Shown here piece after piece: positions 11,277 through 22,020 of a stretch of DNA of 64,000 nt. The position numbers and the translations under genes are program-made. The stretch covers positions 5,086 through 69,085 of the forward strand of contig CALWPF010000004.1 of assembly GCA_944383355.1 (NCBI GenBank), given 5' to 3'. Source of the stretch: an uncultured Clostridia bacterium. GTDB taxonomy: Bacteria; Bacillota; Clostridia; Christensenellales; UBA1242. The notes under the pieces were generated by a model. That model had not been told where the DNA came from. It was given only the letters and a program-made list of their open reading frames with translations, and did not search any database. Position 1 is the stretch's first letter. Each line of letters starts with the position of its first letter.

Positions 11277-12272
11277 TTAGTCTGGTAACTTTTGATTAAC
11301 AACCTCCATGATTTGTTGCTGTAACTGAGCACAAAAATCTGGATGGTCAACTAAATACTGTTTGGCATTTTCCTTACCTTGACCAATTTTTTCGTCGTTA
11401 TATGCTATCCATGCACCACTTTTTTGCAAAAATCCTTTTTCCAAAGCCAAATCCAATACACAGCCTTCATTAGATATGCCTTTCCCATAAACTATATCAA
11501 ATTCTGCTATTTTAAATGGAGCTGCAAGTTTATTTTTTACAACTTTAACTTTTGTCCTACTACCTATCACATCGGCTCCATCTTTTATTGCATCTGTTTT
11601 TCGGACATCAAGCCTAATACTAGAATAAAACTTTAATGCCTTACCTCCTGTAGTAGTTTCTGGGTTACCAAACATTACTCCAACCTTTTCTCGCAACTGA
11701 TTTATAAAAATCACACAAGTATTTGATTTACTTATTGCGGGAGTTAGTTTCCTCATAGCTTGACTCATTAACCTAGCCAACAAACCGACATGTGCATCTC
11801 CCATCTCACCATCTATTTCTGCCTTTGGAGTAAGTGCCGCTACAGAATCTATGACAATCAAATCAATACCACCACTACGCACTAAACTCTCAGTGATATC
11901 CAATGCTTGTTCTCCATTGTCTGGTTGAGAGATAAACAATGAGTTTATATCAACACCCAAATTACTAGCATACACAGGGTCAAGAGCATGCTCTGCGTCT
12001 ATAAAAGCAGCCGTCCCCCCCATTTTTTGTGCTTGTGCAACTACATGAAGTGCAACGGTAGTTTTTCCAGAAGATTCTGGCCCATAAATCTCTACAATTC
12101 TTCCCCTAGGCATTCCTCCTATACCTAAAGCTAAATCTAATGTTAGACACCCCGTAGGAAAGACATCTACCACTTGTTTTGCATTATCCCCCAATCTCAT
12201 AATTGAGCCTTTTCCAAATTGCTTTTCAATTTGTGCAATTACATCTTCTAACGCCTTTTGTTTGTCGTTCAT
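11277..12272 (-). CDS. recA: Recombinase RecA
   Basis: [34 protein letters not shown] motifs. Confidence 0.99.
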   Translation of the reverse strand: MNDKQKALEDVIAQIEKQFGKGSIMRLGDNAKQVVDVFPTGCLTLDLALGIGGMPRGRIVEIYGPESSGKTTVALHVVAQAQKMGGTAAFIDAEHALDPVYASNLGVDINSLFISQPDNGEQALDITESLVRSGGIDLIVIDSVAALTPKAEIDGEMGDAHVGLLARLMSQAMRKLTPAISKSNTCVIFINQLREKVGVMFGNPETTTGGKALKFYSSIRLDVRKTDAIKDGADVIGSRTKVKVVKNKLAAPFKIAEFDIVYGKGISNEGCVLDLALEKGFLQKSGAWIAYNDEKIGQGKENAKQYLVDHPDFCAQLQQQIMEVVNQKLPD

Positions 12273-12294
12273 TATTTTTCCTCTTTATTTTATA

Positions 12295-12306
12295 ATACAT
12301 ATGTTC
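12295..12306 (-). promoter_or_regulatory. Putative LexA (SOS) box upstream of recA
   Basis: GAACATATGTAT (one mismatch to Firmicute GAAC-N4-GTTY), 2 nt downstream of a TATAAT at 12309-12314. Confidence 0.55.
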
Positions 12307-12309
12307 TAA

Positions 12310-13398
12310 TTATACACTATTTTCTAAAAAATACAAATGATTTTCACGAAGTTTTTTTAGTAATTTAAAAATTGCTTGTCTTGACAAAATTTTAAAAATA
12401 TATTCTGGTTTGTGGTTAAAATTATACTTAAAAACATGTATTGCTTGACTATCCCCAATAGATATAAAGCAAACTTTCCCATCACCACAGAGAGCCAAAG
12501 ATATATCCGCAAGTTGCTGTTCCATCATTACCGCACTCATTTCATAAGCCATTTCTACGCTTTGTTTTTCGTGTGTCGATAAAAAATCAGGTTTAACATG
12601 TAAAATTTTTGCGTATTGCTCTAAGGTAGACAATGTGTAGATATTCTTTATATGCCTATCAATATTTGGCAAACCATCTTTCAAAAAATTTTCAAATATT
12701 CCGTTTGTGAGACCATCTGCAATGCATATGGTTGTATGACGTAAACTCATGATTTCGTCCAGTTTTTGTAACAATGTTTCTTCACTGTCTGCAAACCAGT
12801 AGTCCTGAAATTGTAAATACACATTTCGTATATAATCATCTACAAACTCTTTATTAAAATCTTCTTTAGTTGTAATTGATACCTCACCCACTAAATATTC
12901 GGTGAATATTGCGTGGTCAAATAGATTATTATTCGGTATTTGGGATATGAGTTTTTTTATTTCACTTTTTTCTAGACCAAAAACTTTTAAATAGGCACAG
13001 GGAAATTTGAGTTGCAATATTTTACATACGATAGAATTATCCAATTTATACTTAAACTCATCTCGTACTGTATTAATTATCAAACAACGCTTCCCATCAG
13101 GACAATTTATGTAATAACCAGTATTATACTCTATAAACTCAGATTTATAAAAAGAACTTAATATCTTTGCTATTTCACTAAAATTAAAACTAACATTATC
13201 AAAGTCCCAAGCAATAACTGTAAAATCTCCTAAATAGCGCTCCAAACTTTCTTTAAAACTACTAAAATCAGAAAATACAGTAGCTTCATTTAGTTCTACT
13301 GTACAAGAATTTAATTTTCTTTGTATATAGGGATAAGTGTCAAAATATATTTGCTCCCTACACTCTTCAGTATTAAATAAAATCAAATTTGCTTTCAT
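12310..13398 (-). CDS. Highly diverged CinA/PncC-like protein
   Basis: Canonical pgsA-cinA-recA position; LKVFGLEKSE resembles the CinA middle domain; ADGLTNG aligns to AESCTGG; VEMAYEMS resembles EVALAMA. Confidence 0.7.
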   Translation of the reverse strand: MKANLILFNTEECREQIYFDTYPYIQRKLNSCTVELNEATVFSDFSSFKESLERYLGDFTVIAWDFDNVSFNFSEIAKILSSFYKSEFIEYNTGYYINCPDGKRCLIINTVRDEFKYKLDNSIVCKILQLKFPCAYLKVFGLEKSEIKKLISQIPNNNLFDHAIFTEYLVGEVSITTKEDFNKEFVDDYIRNVYLQFQDYWFADSEETLLQKLDEIMSLRHTTICIADGLTNGIFENFLKDGLPNIDRHIKNIYTLSTLEQYAKILHVKPDFLSTHEKQSVEMAYEMSAVMMEQQLADISLALCGDGKVCFISIGDSQAIHVFKYNFNHKPEYIFKILSRQAIFKLLKKLRENHLYFLENSV

Positions 13399-13991
13399 TC
13401 AGTTTTTGACTTTAGTACCTCTTTATTTTTAATAGTATAATCAATAGCCGACCATATAGTAACTACTATAGCAATTGCAAATACTACATATGCCATTATT
13501 TCTATAACATAGTTTATTGTAGTCCAAACGGTCGACTCTGCACCAGCACCAATATTTGCAGCAACAAACATAAACATAGGAATAAATATGTAGGCAAAAA
13601 TCGCTTTTAACTTACCACTAATAGGTGCAGCAAAAACTACCCCCTTTGTAGCACCTACTTGGCGAATTCCATTAACCAATGTATCCCTAGCAAATATTAT
13701 GAATAGTCCTATAATTCCCCATGGTGCTATTATAGTACCATCTACAACAATTAAGAATAAACAACCACAGTATAATAATTTGTCTGCCATTGGATCTAAT
13801 AATTTACCCAAATCTGTGACTTGATTATTTTTACGAGCCAAGTGCCCATCTAGCTGGTCAGTAATGGCAGCGGCAATAAAAAGCAGCATTGCCACCAATT
13901 TCCCCCAAGGTGAAGGCACTGCTAAATAAAATACATAGATTATTGGTACCAAAAAAATTCTTACAAAAGATAATTTATTGGGCAAATTCAT
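13395..13991 (-). CDS. pgsA: CDP-diacylglycerol--glycerol-3-phosphate 3-phosphatidyltransferase
   Basis: MNLPNKLS, TDQLDGHLARK...GKLLDPMADK CDP-alcohol phosphotransferase motif. Confidence 0.96.
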   Translation of the reverse strand: MNLPNKLSFVRIFLVPIIYVFYLAVPSPWGKLVAMLLFIAAAITDQLDGHLARKNNQVTDLGKLLDPMADKLLYCGCLFLIVVDGTIIAPWGIIGLFIIFARDTLVNGIRQVGATKGVVFAAPISGKLKAIFAYIFIPMFMFVAANIGAGAESTVWTTINYVIEIMAYVVFAIAIVVTIWSAIDYTIKNKEVLKSKTE

Positions 13992-15325
13992 ATTATTTCA
14001 CCTCTCAAATCAAATGGTTCTACTATAGACAAAATTTTGATATTATAAAAGTTGCCAACTTGTATATTTTTTAATGTTTTACTACTAACATAGACTACAG
14101 AATCTATATCTGGAGAATTATATTGAGTCCTAAATATATAATTCTCTCCATCAACACCATCACAAATTGCACGTTGAATTTTACCAATTTGCGACAACAA
14201 CTTTTGGTACATTATTGCACTTTGTAACTCAACAAGTTGTTTTAACCTACTGTTTTTTATATGTTTATACACTTGTTTGCTTAAATTGTAAGCAGGGGTA
14301 CCATTTTATATTGAATATCTAAAAAAACCTACATTATCAAGCTTTTGGTTGATCAAAAACTCTTTAAGCTCCTTAAAATCTTTTTGTGTCTCCCCAGGGA
14401 ATCCTACAATAATACTAGTTCGAATAGCAATATCAGGGCAACATTCTCTCAACTTTTCAATTAATGCTGTTACACGCTGTCTAGTACTTGCTCTATTCAT
14501 TGCTTTTAATAACTTATCACTAATGTGCTGAATGGGAATATCCATGTATTTGCATACTTTTGGATTATTAGCTATTTCATTAATTAAGCTCTCACTAACA
14601 AACTCTGGATAACAATAATGTAGACGTATCCATTCAAGTCCTTTTATGGTTGATAACTGCCTTATCAAATCAACTAGCATATGCTTTTTATAAATATCTT
14701 CACCATATCTAGTTACGTCCTGCGCAACAAGTATCAATTCATTGACCCCAGAGTCTACAAGTAATCTAGCCTCGGACAGCAAATTCTCTATTGGTACAGA
14801 CCTATACGGACCGCGAATTTGAGGAATAGTACAGTATGAACATTTGTTACTACAACCTTCCGCTATTTTTAGATAGGCATAATGCTTAGGCGTCGAAACT
14901 ATTCTATCTAACTTAGGTATTTTAGTATCTATATCTTTTGCTTTTATATCCAAATCATAACATTTAACTATTGCTTGGACAATGTCGTTATAGCTCTCGA
15001 TACCCAAAAAACAATCTACCTCAGGCATCGCATTTTTAATCTCTTCAAGATTTTTTGCAGGCAAACATCCAACAACTATTAGTTTTTCAGCAAACTGTTT
15101 CTTGAATTCTAGCATTTCCAAAATTTTATCTATGCTTTCTCTACGTGCTTCTTCTATAAACGCACAAGTATTAACAATTATAATATTTGCCTCTTTAGGT
15201 ACTCCTGTGATCCCAAATCCAAATTCTTTTAATTTAAATAAAATCCTTTCAGAATCTACTGTGTTTTTATCACAACCTAAAGATATTACACATACTTTTT
15301 TGTTACATAACTCTGATATTGTCAT
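13988..15325 (-). pseudogene. rimO: Ribosomal protein S12 methylthiotransferase RimO interrupted by an in-frame TAA at 14306-14308
   Basis: SLGCDKNTVDSE, NTCAFI, EGCSNKCSYC in 14306-15325; same frame continues YSI*NGTPAYNLSKQV into the TRAM-domain ORF 13988-14272 (RTQYNSPDIDSVVY). Confidence 0.88.
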
Positions 15326-15340
15326 AAGTATACTTTACCT

Positions 15341-18223
15341 CTAATCATTACCAAAAAGTTCGTTATACTGTTCCTCTGTAATTAAAACAGTACGGTTCTT
15401 ATTGGTTCCATCAGCAGGAGAAATAAACCCTGCCTTTTCCATTTGGTCAACTATTCTTGCTGCCCTATTAAATCCAATAGAGTGTCTACGTTGAATAGCA
15501 GATATTGACCCAGTCTTGGCTATCATAAAATCTTTTAATGCTGCTGGTAATAGCGGATCAAATTCGTTAGCGCCATCATCGTTATCGCCAATACCACCTG
15601 AATTGTTCTGTTGTTTACCAGATAAAATTTGTTTGGTAAGCTCATCATCAAATTGTGACTCATTATGAGATTTTATAAATTCTACAATATTAATCACCTC
15701 AGTATTGCTTACAAATGGACATTGTATCCTGACTGGCTCTGGTAAATTTTGCGGAGCATACAGCATATCACCTTTACCAAGCAATTTATCTGCTCCACCT
15801 TGATCTAATATAGTTTTACTATCCGCAAAATTTGTAACCGCAAAAGCAATCCTAGATGGTAAGTTGGCTTTTATTGTACCTGTTATTACATCAACAGAAG
15901 GTCGCTGAGTAGCAATGATCAAATGTATACCCGCTGCACGAGCCAATTGTGCTAAACGCATTATCTTGTCTTCCAAATCTTTTTTCGCCAACATCATTAA
16001 ATCAGCCAACTCATCTATAACGATTACTATCCTAGGGAGCTTTGGCTCCTTGCCTTTATACACTACCTCAAGACTATTATATTCCTTAAAATCTCTAACA
16101 CGCATTTTTTGGAAAAGAGAATATCTATTATCCATTTCCATAATTGCCCAATCCAATGCATTGAGTGCTTGTTTTGGCTGATTGATAGCTGTAGGAGTTA
16201 ATAACTGAGGCAACCCATTATAAGATGTAAACTCTACACGCTTTGGATCTATCAAAATTAATTTTAAATCTTCTGGACCTAGTTTATATAACAAACTAAT
16301 TAACAAAACATTCAAACAAACACTCTTACCACTACCTGAGCTACCTGCAACTAACAAATGCGGCATAGATGCTAAATCACATACTTTGATTGCACCTGCA
16401 ATATCCTTACCCAAAGCAAAGGTTAATGGGGCTTTATTTTCGTGGAACTCTGGGGTATCTAAAACATCTCTTAGCCCAATAGTTGCTATTTGCTCATTAG
16501 GTACCTCTATACCAACTAGATTTTTACCTGGTATTGGAGCCTCAATACGCACATCACCATTAGCACTCAAGTTCATAGCAATATCGTTTGCATGATTAGT
16601 AATTTTATTTACAGATATACCAGCGGGCATTTGTATTTCGTATCTAGTTACAGCTGGCCCATGAGTAATCGCTACGACCTTTGCTGGTATACGGAAACTC
16701 TCTAATGATGCTTCTAGTATTTCAGCTTTCTTTTGGTAATCCTCAGTATCACTAGCTAATTTCACAGATTTTGTTGTCAACAAATCCATTGGCGGACGTA
16801 CATATGGGCTTGGTTTTGTATACTTTGTAACTTTATTAGGTGTTGGCATTGTCTGTTGCATCTGCAATTGTTCTTTGTGTTGAGAGGGTTTGTTGACATT
16901 GAGATTAACAGAATTAATTGGTGGAACATTAAATTGATCTTCTTCTTTATTTGGCATAATTACATCAGCCAAATCCAAATCATCACTAATTTTATTATTG
17001 CTTGTTAAATGTCCATCTTGAGGGATATCTTTGTAAGGCGTAATGGGAATAGGTGTTGCCGCAGGTTTAGTATCCTGGTGCTCTTCTGTAGGTTTTGAAT
17101 AGTAGCCAATATTATTCACATCATAGACTGTATCTTGAGTATCCGAATAATTAAATACAGGTTTTGTTGCTTGTGAATTTATGGAAGACGTCCCAAAATC
17201 CTTGCTCTTTAACTCATTATTTTCTTCATGGAAAAAAGGTTTTGGCCTATTGTTTGATGATGTAAATAAATCAGACGTACTTAAATTATTATTTTTATTA
17301 TAATTCATAAGTTCGCTCAATGTCGCACTAGATGTCTGTTTTAGACTGTTAGAGCTTTTGTTGGATCTACTACTATTTCTCACGCTATTAATAAATTCGT
17401 CACCGAAAATTTTACGTGCCATCTCATCATTACCTTGATCAGCACCTTTTGATTTACTATACCGAGCTGCTATATTGAGTGGATCATTAGCTATCTTTTC
17501 ATCACGAGCTTTTTGTAAAGCTTCCAGTTTAGCATTTAATGTCAAGGCCTGAGTTTTTGGAGATGGCTCTGTGACTAATTTTTCTTTCTCAACTATATTC
17601 GGCATTGGCTCTGGAGATTTCTCTTCAGCAACAGTGGATACTGGGGTTTTTACTCTGCTACTTGGAGTTTCTGTTAATGGGAACGACATCGTTCTACTAT
17701 TTAAACTCTGGTAATCCTTAACTTTTATAAACTGATCTATCACGCAAGCTACCAAAACTAAAGCAACAATAGCAAATACTATATATGCGCCAATTATGTT
17801 GAATATAGAACTAAGTCCATAAACAATGGTACCTATTATTACTCCAGAAGGTGATGATTTTGAGTTATATGTGTTTGTTATATAATCTGTAAAACTATAA
17901 TCTGCTACATTTGTTAAAGATAGTTGTAGTATGCATAACAAAACAAGGAATAATCCTATTATACTTGCCGTATACTTTGGCGGAAATACATATCTTTTCT
18001 TTGCAAACAACAGCATACAACCAAAGCCTGCTAGAACCAACAAAATCGGATATATCGACAAGCCAAATGTGCCCAACAAAAAAGAACGAATAAATGGCAA
18101 GAAATTTACAGCAGTAAATAGTAAAACTAAAACTGAACATATCACTAAAGATAGTCCCAGTTTTGTCCTAGTAGGTAGTTTTTTATTACTCCCGCCTATA
18201 TTCCTGCTTGTGTAATCTTGCAA
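15341..18223 (-). CDS. ftsK: DNA translocase FtsK/SpoIIIE
   Basis: N-terminal TM helices, long low-complexity linker, GSSGSGKS, IDELADLM, ATQRPS, gamma domain IGFNRAARIVDQME. Confidence 0.96.
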   Translation of the reverse strand: MQDYTSRNIGGSNKKLPTRTKLGLSLVICSVLVLLFTAVNFLPFIRSFLLGTFGLSIYPILLVLAGFGCMLLFAKKRYVFPPKYTASIIGLFLVLLCILQLSLTNVADYSFTDYITNTYNSKSSPSGVIIGTIVYGLSSIFNIIGAYIVFAIVALVLVACVIDQFIKVKDYQSLNSRTMSFPLTETPSSRVKTPVSTVAEEKSPEPMPNIVEKEKLVTEPSPKTQALTLNAKLEALQKARDEKIANDPLNIAARYSKSKGADQGNDEMARKIFGDEFINSVRNSSRSNKSSNSLKQTSSATLSELMNYNKNNNLSTSDLFTSSNNRPKPFFHEENNELKSKDFGTSSINSQATKPVFNYSDTQDTVYDVNNIGYYSKPTEEHQDTKPAATPIPITPYKDIPQDGHLTSNNKISDDLDLADVIMPNKEEDQFNVPPINSVNLNVNKPSQHKEQLQMQQTMPTPNKVTKYTKPSPYVRPPMDLLTTKSVKLASDTEDYQKKAEILEASLESFRIPAKVVAITHGPAVTRYEIQMPAGISVNKITNHANDIAMNLSANGDVRIEAPIPGKNLVGIEVPNEQIATIGLRDVLDTPEFHENKAPLTFALGKDIAGAIKVCDLASMPHLLVAGSSGSGKSVCLNVLLISLLYKLGPEDLKLILIDPKRVEFTSYNGLPQLLTPTAINQPKQALNALDWAIMEMDNRYSLFQKMRVRDFKEYNSLEVVYKGKEPKLPRIVIVIDELADLMMLAKKDLEDKIMRLAQLARAAGIHLIIATQRPSVDVITGTIKANLPSRIAFAVTNFADSKTILDQGGADKLLGKGDMLYAPQNLPEPVRIQCPFVSNTEVINIVEFIKSHNESQFDDELTKQILSGKQQNNSGGIGDNDDGANEFDPLLPAALKDFMIAKTGSISAIQRRHSIGFNRAARIVDQMEKAGFISPADGTNKNRTVLITEEQYNELFGND

Positions 18224-18352
18224 ATCAAGTTACCTCCAACCAACCCAAATATTATATCATAAAAACTATTGAAAAGACAAATCTTTTGAATTAATGTATA
18301 AAGAAGATTTTTTAATTAATTATTAACTTAAGTGCGGTATACTAAACTCCCC

Positions 18353-19615
18353 TTATTTAAATATAGTCAACGGATTTATATTGTTCTCATTACTAACTAT
18401 GCTAAAAGTGAATTTATCATAGTCTAGCAAAACCTTTAACCGATTATTCAACTGCTCTAGACTAATTTGATTGATTTTATCTAAAAATTTTAGTATATCA
18501 AAAACTTCATTACGATATATATAATTTGATAGATTTTGCCCTGTGATGTTTGACACCTTTTCCCTATTTAATATTTGACTTGTCTTAAAAATTTCTTTTG
18601 CCTTCATCAATTCACTTTCTTTTATCCCATTTGCCTTTAGATCATCTAATACTTCTTTGGTTGCTTCAAGCGCTTTTAAAGCATTCTCTTTGTTACTAAA
18701 AAATCTTATTACATTAACGCCCATTGAGGAAAATTTTTCAGATCCAGCACTAATATGATATACCAATCCTTTTTCTTCTCGGACCCCAACAAATAACCTA
18801 CTACTCATGCAACCGCCCAAAATAACATTAATCAATGTTTCAACTTCGGTTAAATCACTAGATTTATTTCCACCAGGTAAAGATATATAAAAATATACTT
18901 GGTCGGTGTCTTTTTTCTTAAAAACAATCCTTGTCTTTGGAGTAGGTTGTAACTCTGCCCTCTTATAACTCAAGCATTCTTCCCTTTTGTTATAGTACTT
19001 AGTCAAGTTTTCTTCTAACAAGTCACTCATCTCTTGCATCGTTATTCCTCCAGCGGAACTTACTATAATTCTGCCTGGAGTATAGTTCCTTAACTTAAAT
19101 TCTTTTAGTTTTGCAGAATTTAGAGCGATAACAGATTCTGGCGTACCACCTAGAGGATGTTCCATAGGAGTCCCAGCAAAGACGTTACTTATAAGGTTTT
19201 CCATACAAACATTTGGGAAATCATCTTCGTACATCTTTAGTTCACTACACACAACATTCTTTTCATTTTCCAACTCTTCAGCATCAAATTGAGAATTAAC
19301 CAATATATCGCAAAAACACTGCACTGCCTCTTTTGCATTGTATTTTGTTGTAGTCAAATAATAAACCGTAGTTTCATTTGAAGTATAGGCATTAAAGTGA
19401 CCTCCTAGGCGGTCCATCGTTTCACTAATTTGTTTGGTGGTTTGATTTTTGGTACTTTTAAAAGTCATATGTTCCAAAAGATGAGCAATACCCCACTCAT
19501 CTTCTCTCTCATCATTCGAACCTGCCATTACGCAAAATCTTATGGAAAAAATCTGGCTATCTTCAATAAATTCGTGTATCAATCTAATACCATTATCAAA
19601 AGTTTTTAATTGCAT
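18353..19615 (-). CDS. M16 (pitrilysin-family) zinc peptidase
   Basis: HLLEHM (HxxEH), NAYTS, E-x6-E motif; YmxG/MlpA-like position. Confidence 0.9.
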   Translation of the reverse strand: MQLKTFDNGIRLIHEFIEDSQIFSIRFCVMAGSNDEREDEWGIAHLLEHMTFKSTKNQTTKQISETMDRLGGHFNAYTSNETTVYYLTTTKYNAKEAVQCFCDILVNSQFDAEELENEKNVVCSELKMYEDDFPNVCMENLISNVFAGTPMEHPLGGTPESVIALNSAKLKEFKLRNYTPGRIIVSSAGGITMQEMSDLLEENLTKYYNKREECLSYKRAELQPTPKTRIVFKKKDTDQVYFYISLPGGNKSSDLTEVETLINVILGGCMSSRLFVGVREEKGLVYHISAGSEKFSSMGVNVIRFFSNKENALKALEATKEVLDDLKANGIKESELMKAKEIFKTSQILNREKVSNITGQNLSNYIYRNEVFDILKFLDKINQISLEQLNNRLKVLLDYDKFTFSIVSNENNINPLTIFK

Positions 19616-19674
19616 GACTTGCCCCCTATGCTTTTCCTTATAGTATAATACATTTTAAATTCTGTGACAAGCAA

Positions 19675-20388
19675 TCATACTCCAATATTTTCAGTAACAG
19701 TACAAACTTCTAAATCATTTTCAGCAAAACAATCTAAAATCTTAGGCAATGCGCTTAGTGTCGCCTTGGTTGGGTGCATTAATACCAAATCTCCTCCTTT
19801 TGCATTTTTGATTGCCCTACTATATATGACCTCACTATCTTGATCACGCCAATCAATTGTATCTCTTGTCCACATTATTGTTTTGTAGCCCAGATTACCT
19901 GCTGTTTGTACAGTTACATCATTAAAATCCCCACTTGGTGGAGCAAATAAAGTCATGTCAAGCCCTATTTGAGACTTGACTATTTTATGTGTGCGTAAAA
20001 TCTCTTCTTGATTACCCTCATAATTAAGTTTGCTATGTTCCTTATGGCTATACCCATGATTTCCAATCTCATGTCCATCATTAACGATTTTTTGTAATTC
20101 CTCTGGAAATTTTTCAGCCCAAATTCCGCCAATAAAAAATGTGGTTTGTAAATTTCTTTCTTTAAACTCATTCAATATACCATCAATATATTCATTTCCC
20201 CAATACACATTGAACATTAATGTGATTTTTTTGCTTTCTATGTTACCATTGTAATATACACTATTTAAATTACCTGATGAAACGCTAATACTTGGCTGAA
20301 TCATTACAATGCAAGTCAAACCAACGAGCATTATCGCCAAAATAAAATTAACACCAACATTAGTAAACTTTAACCAAAAATTTTTCAT
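19675..20388 (-). CDS. Polysaccharide deacetylase (YlxY-like, sporulation)
   Basis: N-terminal TM, HEIGNHGYSH, FAPPSG, VLMHP NodB motifs; position after rpsO. Confidence 0.88.
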   Translation of the reverse strand: MKNFWLKFTNVGVNFILAIMLVGLTCIVMIQPSISVSSGNLNSVYYNGNIESKKITLMFNVYWGNEYIDGILNEFKERNLQTTFFIGGIWAEKFPEELQKIVNDGHEIGNHGYSHKEHSKLNYEGNQEEILRTHKIVKSQIGLDMTLFAPPSGDFNDVTVQTAGNLGYKTIMWTRDTIDWRDQDSEVIYSRAIKNAKGGDLVLMHPTKATLSALPKILDCFAENDLEVCTVTENIGV

Positions 20389-20441
20389 ATTTTACACTCT
20401 CAAATAGAATTTCTTACAACTACAATATGCTTTGCAAAACA

Positions 20442-20468
20442 AAAAAAGACACTAAAAAGTGTCTTTTT
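20442..20468 (-). terminator. Rho-independent terminator of rpsO
   Basis: AAAGACACT-AAAA-AGTGTCTTT with flanking A/T runs. Confidence 0.8.
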
Positions 20469-20723
20469 TTATTTCACGCCTAATTGTGCCGAAATCTTAC
20501 GATATTTCTCTAGATCTTTTTCCCTTAAGTACTTCAATAAAGCACGGCGTTGTCCAACCAATTTTAATAAACCACGACGGGTATGATTATCCTTTGGATG
20601 TGCCTTAAGGTGCTCTGTAAGGTGTTGAATCCTATCAGTCAACAATGCAATTTGCACTTCACTAGAACCAGTGTCACCTTCTTTGCGTTGAAACTTTGCA
20701 ATAATTTCTTGTTTGTTAGACAT
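20469..20723 (-). CDS. rpsO: 30S ribosomal protein S15
   Basis: [32 protein letters not shown]. Confidence 0.98.
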   Translation of the reverse strand: MSNKQEIIAKFQRKEGDTGSSEVQIALLTDRIQHLTEHLKAHPKDNHTRRGLLKLVGQRRALLKYLREKDLEKYRKISAQLGVK

Positions 20724-20741
20724 TTAATCCTCCTAATAACA

Positions 20742-20793
20742 TTAGCCCAAAACAAAGAAATGCGAGGATTAACCGCAAAACTTTGTAATAGGT
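20742..20793 (-). promoter_or_regulatory. Putative S15 autoregulatory leader
   Basis: Nested pairings CAAAG/CTTTG and TGCG/CGCA between a TTTACT-17-TATTAT promoter and the AGGAGG RBS of rpsO. Confidence 0.5.
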
Positions 20794-20832
20794 ATGCGTA
20801 TATAATAACATAAAATTATCAAAAAGTAAAGA

Positions 20833-22011
20833 CTATGTAAAAAATTTCTTTTTCTTGTCCAAATATTCATCTATACCCAATATATATTGTCCAACATCGT
20901 ATGTATTACAGTAAAAAGTTTTTTCATTGTGTAAATTTTTAACCCTCATATTTTCTGCGCTTGTCCCACAGCCTAAAGTCGTTGATATCTGCTCAATTTT
21001 ATCAGTAAGATACACGCACCCCTTACCATTTATTGTATAACCAACATTCTCAAAACATCCCTTCTCTATTTCGGTAAGATAAACACAGTAGGGGAAATAT
21101 TTTTTTTCAATCATGAATTTATATACAAATTCCAACATTTTTCTCAACTCAACAATTTTAGTTTCATCTGAGATTGCCAATTCTTCCATATTATATGGAC
21201 AGCTCCTAACTGATATATCAATATTCGTTGCTCCAAGCTCAATAGCTATTTGTAAGTTTCGTTTTAATTGTAATTGGTGCTCATCAAATAACCCCGCTAC
21301 CAATCTTATATTAGTTTCAAAGCCTAAACTAGCAATTAATCTGTAGCTAGCATAAAAATCTTTAAAATCATATTTCCTACACAGTTTCCTCAATGTCGAC
21401 ATATTAAAAGTTAGTGCATTTAGTATTATTCTGTTTACATTGTATTTTTTTAATAATTGTAGTTTTTCTAAAGTAATTAACGATGGATGTCCGACTTCAA
21501 CACATGTTTGGGAAAATGAATAAGCAGTTATGCTCAAAATTCTCTCCATTTGCGCAAGGTCAAGAGCCAATAAGTTTCCTGTATAACATACCGCTTTTAC
21601 AATATAACAATTTTTTTGGATTATTTCACGAGTCAAATTGATTTCTTTTAATAGAGCTTCATAATAATACGGCAATATATCCATCGATTTGTTTATTTGA
21701 CACATGACACGCTTACAATTAAAACAACGTGATACGCAAAATGGTATATTAATAGTTAATATTACTTCATTATCATTCTTGACGATATGACCTTGTTCTT
21801 TGATAGTTTGACATAATAAATCTGATTTTTGTCTATCATAATGCATTTCCAAAAACATTTTATCTAACAACTTATCAGGTTTAATACCGTCACGAATAAA
21901 TTGCCTTGCGACTTCCGTGGGCCTTTCTGTCCTAGTTTCACCTATCCATGGGCATTTTGTGTAATCTTTTCTCAAAGCGGGAGTTCTAGGAATTCTAAAT
22001 CTAGTCATCAA
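20833..22011 (-). CDS. Diverged HemZ-like radical SAM protein
   Basis: PW..T..RPT, IPFCVSRCFNC (CxxxCxxC), ENVGY, C-terminal N..DV..YI..IDE typical of clostridial HemZ. Confidence 0.75.
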   Translation of the reverse strand: MMTRFRIPRTPALRKDYTKCPWIGETRTERPTEVARQFIRDGIKPDKLLDKMFLEMHYDRQKSDLLCQTIKEQGHIVKNDNEVILTINIPFCVSRCFNCKRVMCQINKSMDILPYYYEALLKEINLTREIIQKNCYIVKAVCYTGNLLALDLAQMERILSITAYSFSQTCVEVGHPSLITLEKLQLLKKYNVNRIILNALTFNMSTLRKLCRKYDFKDFYASYRLIASLGFETNIRLVAGLFDEHQLQLKRNLQIAIELGATNIDISVRSCPYNMEELAISDETKIVELRKMLEFVYKFMIEKKYFPYCVYLTEIEKGCFENVGYTINGKGCVYLTDKIEQISTTLGCGTSAENMRVKNLHNEKTFYCNTYDVGQYILGIDEYLDKKKKFFT

Positions 22012-22020
22012 AACAACCTC

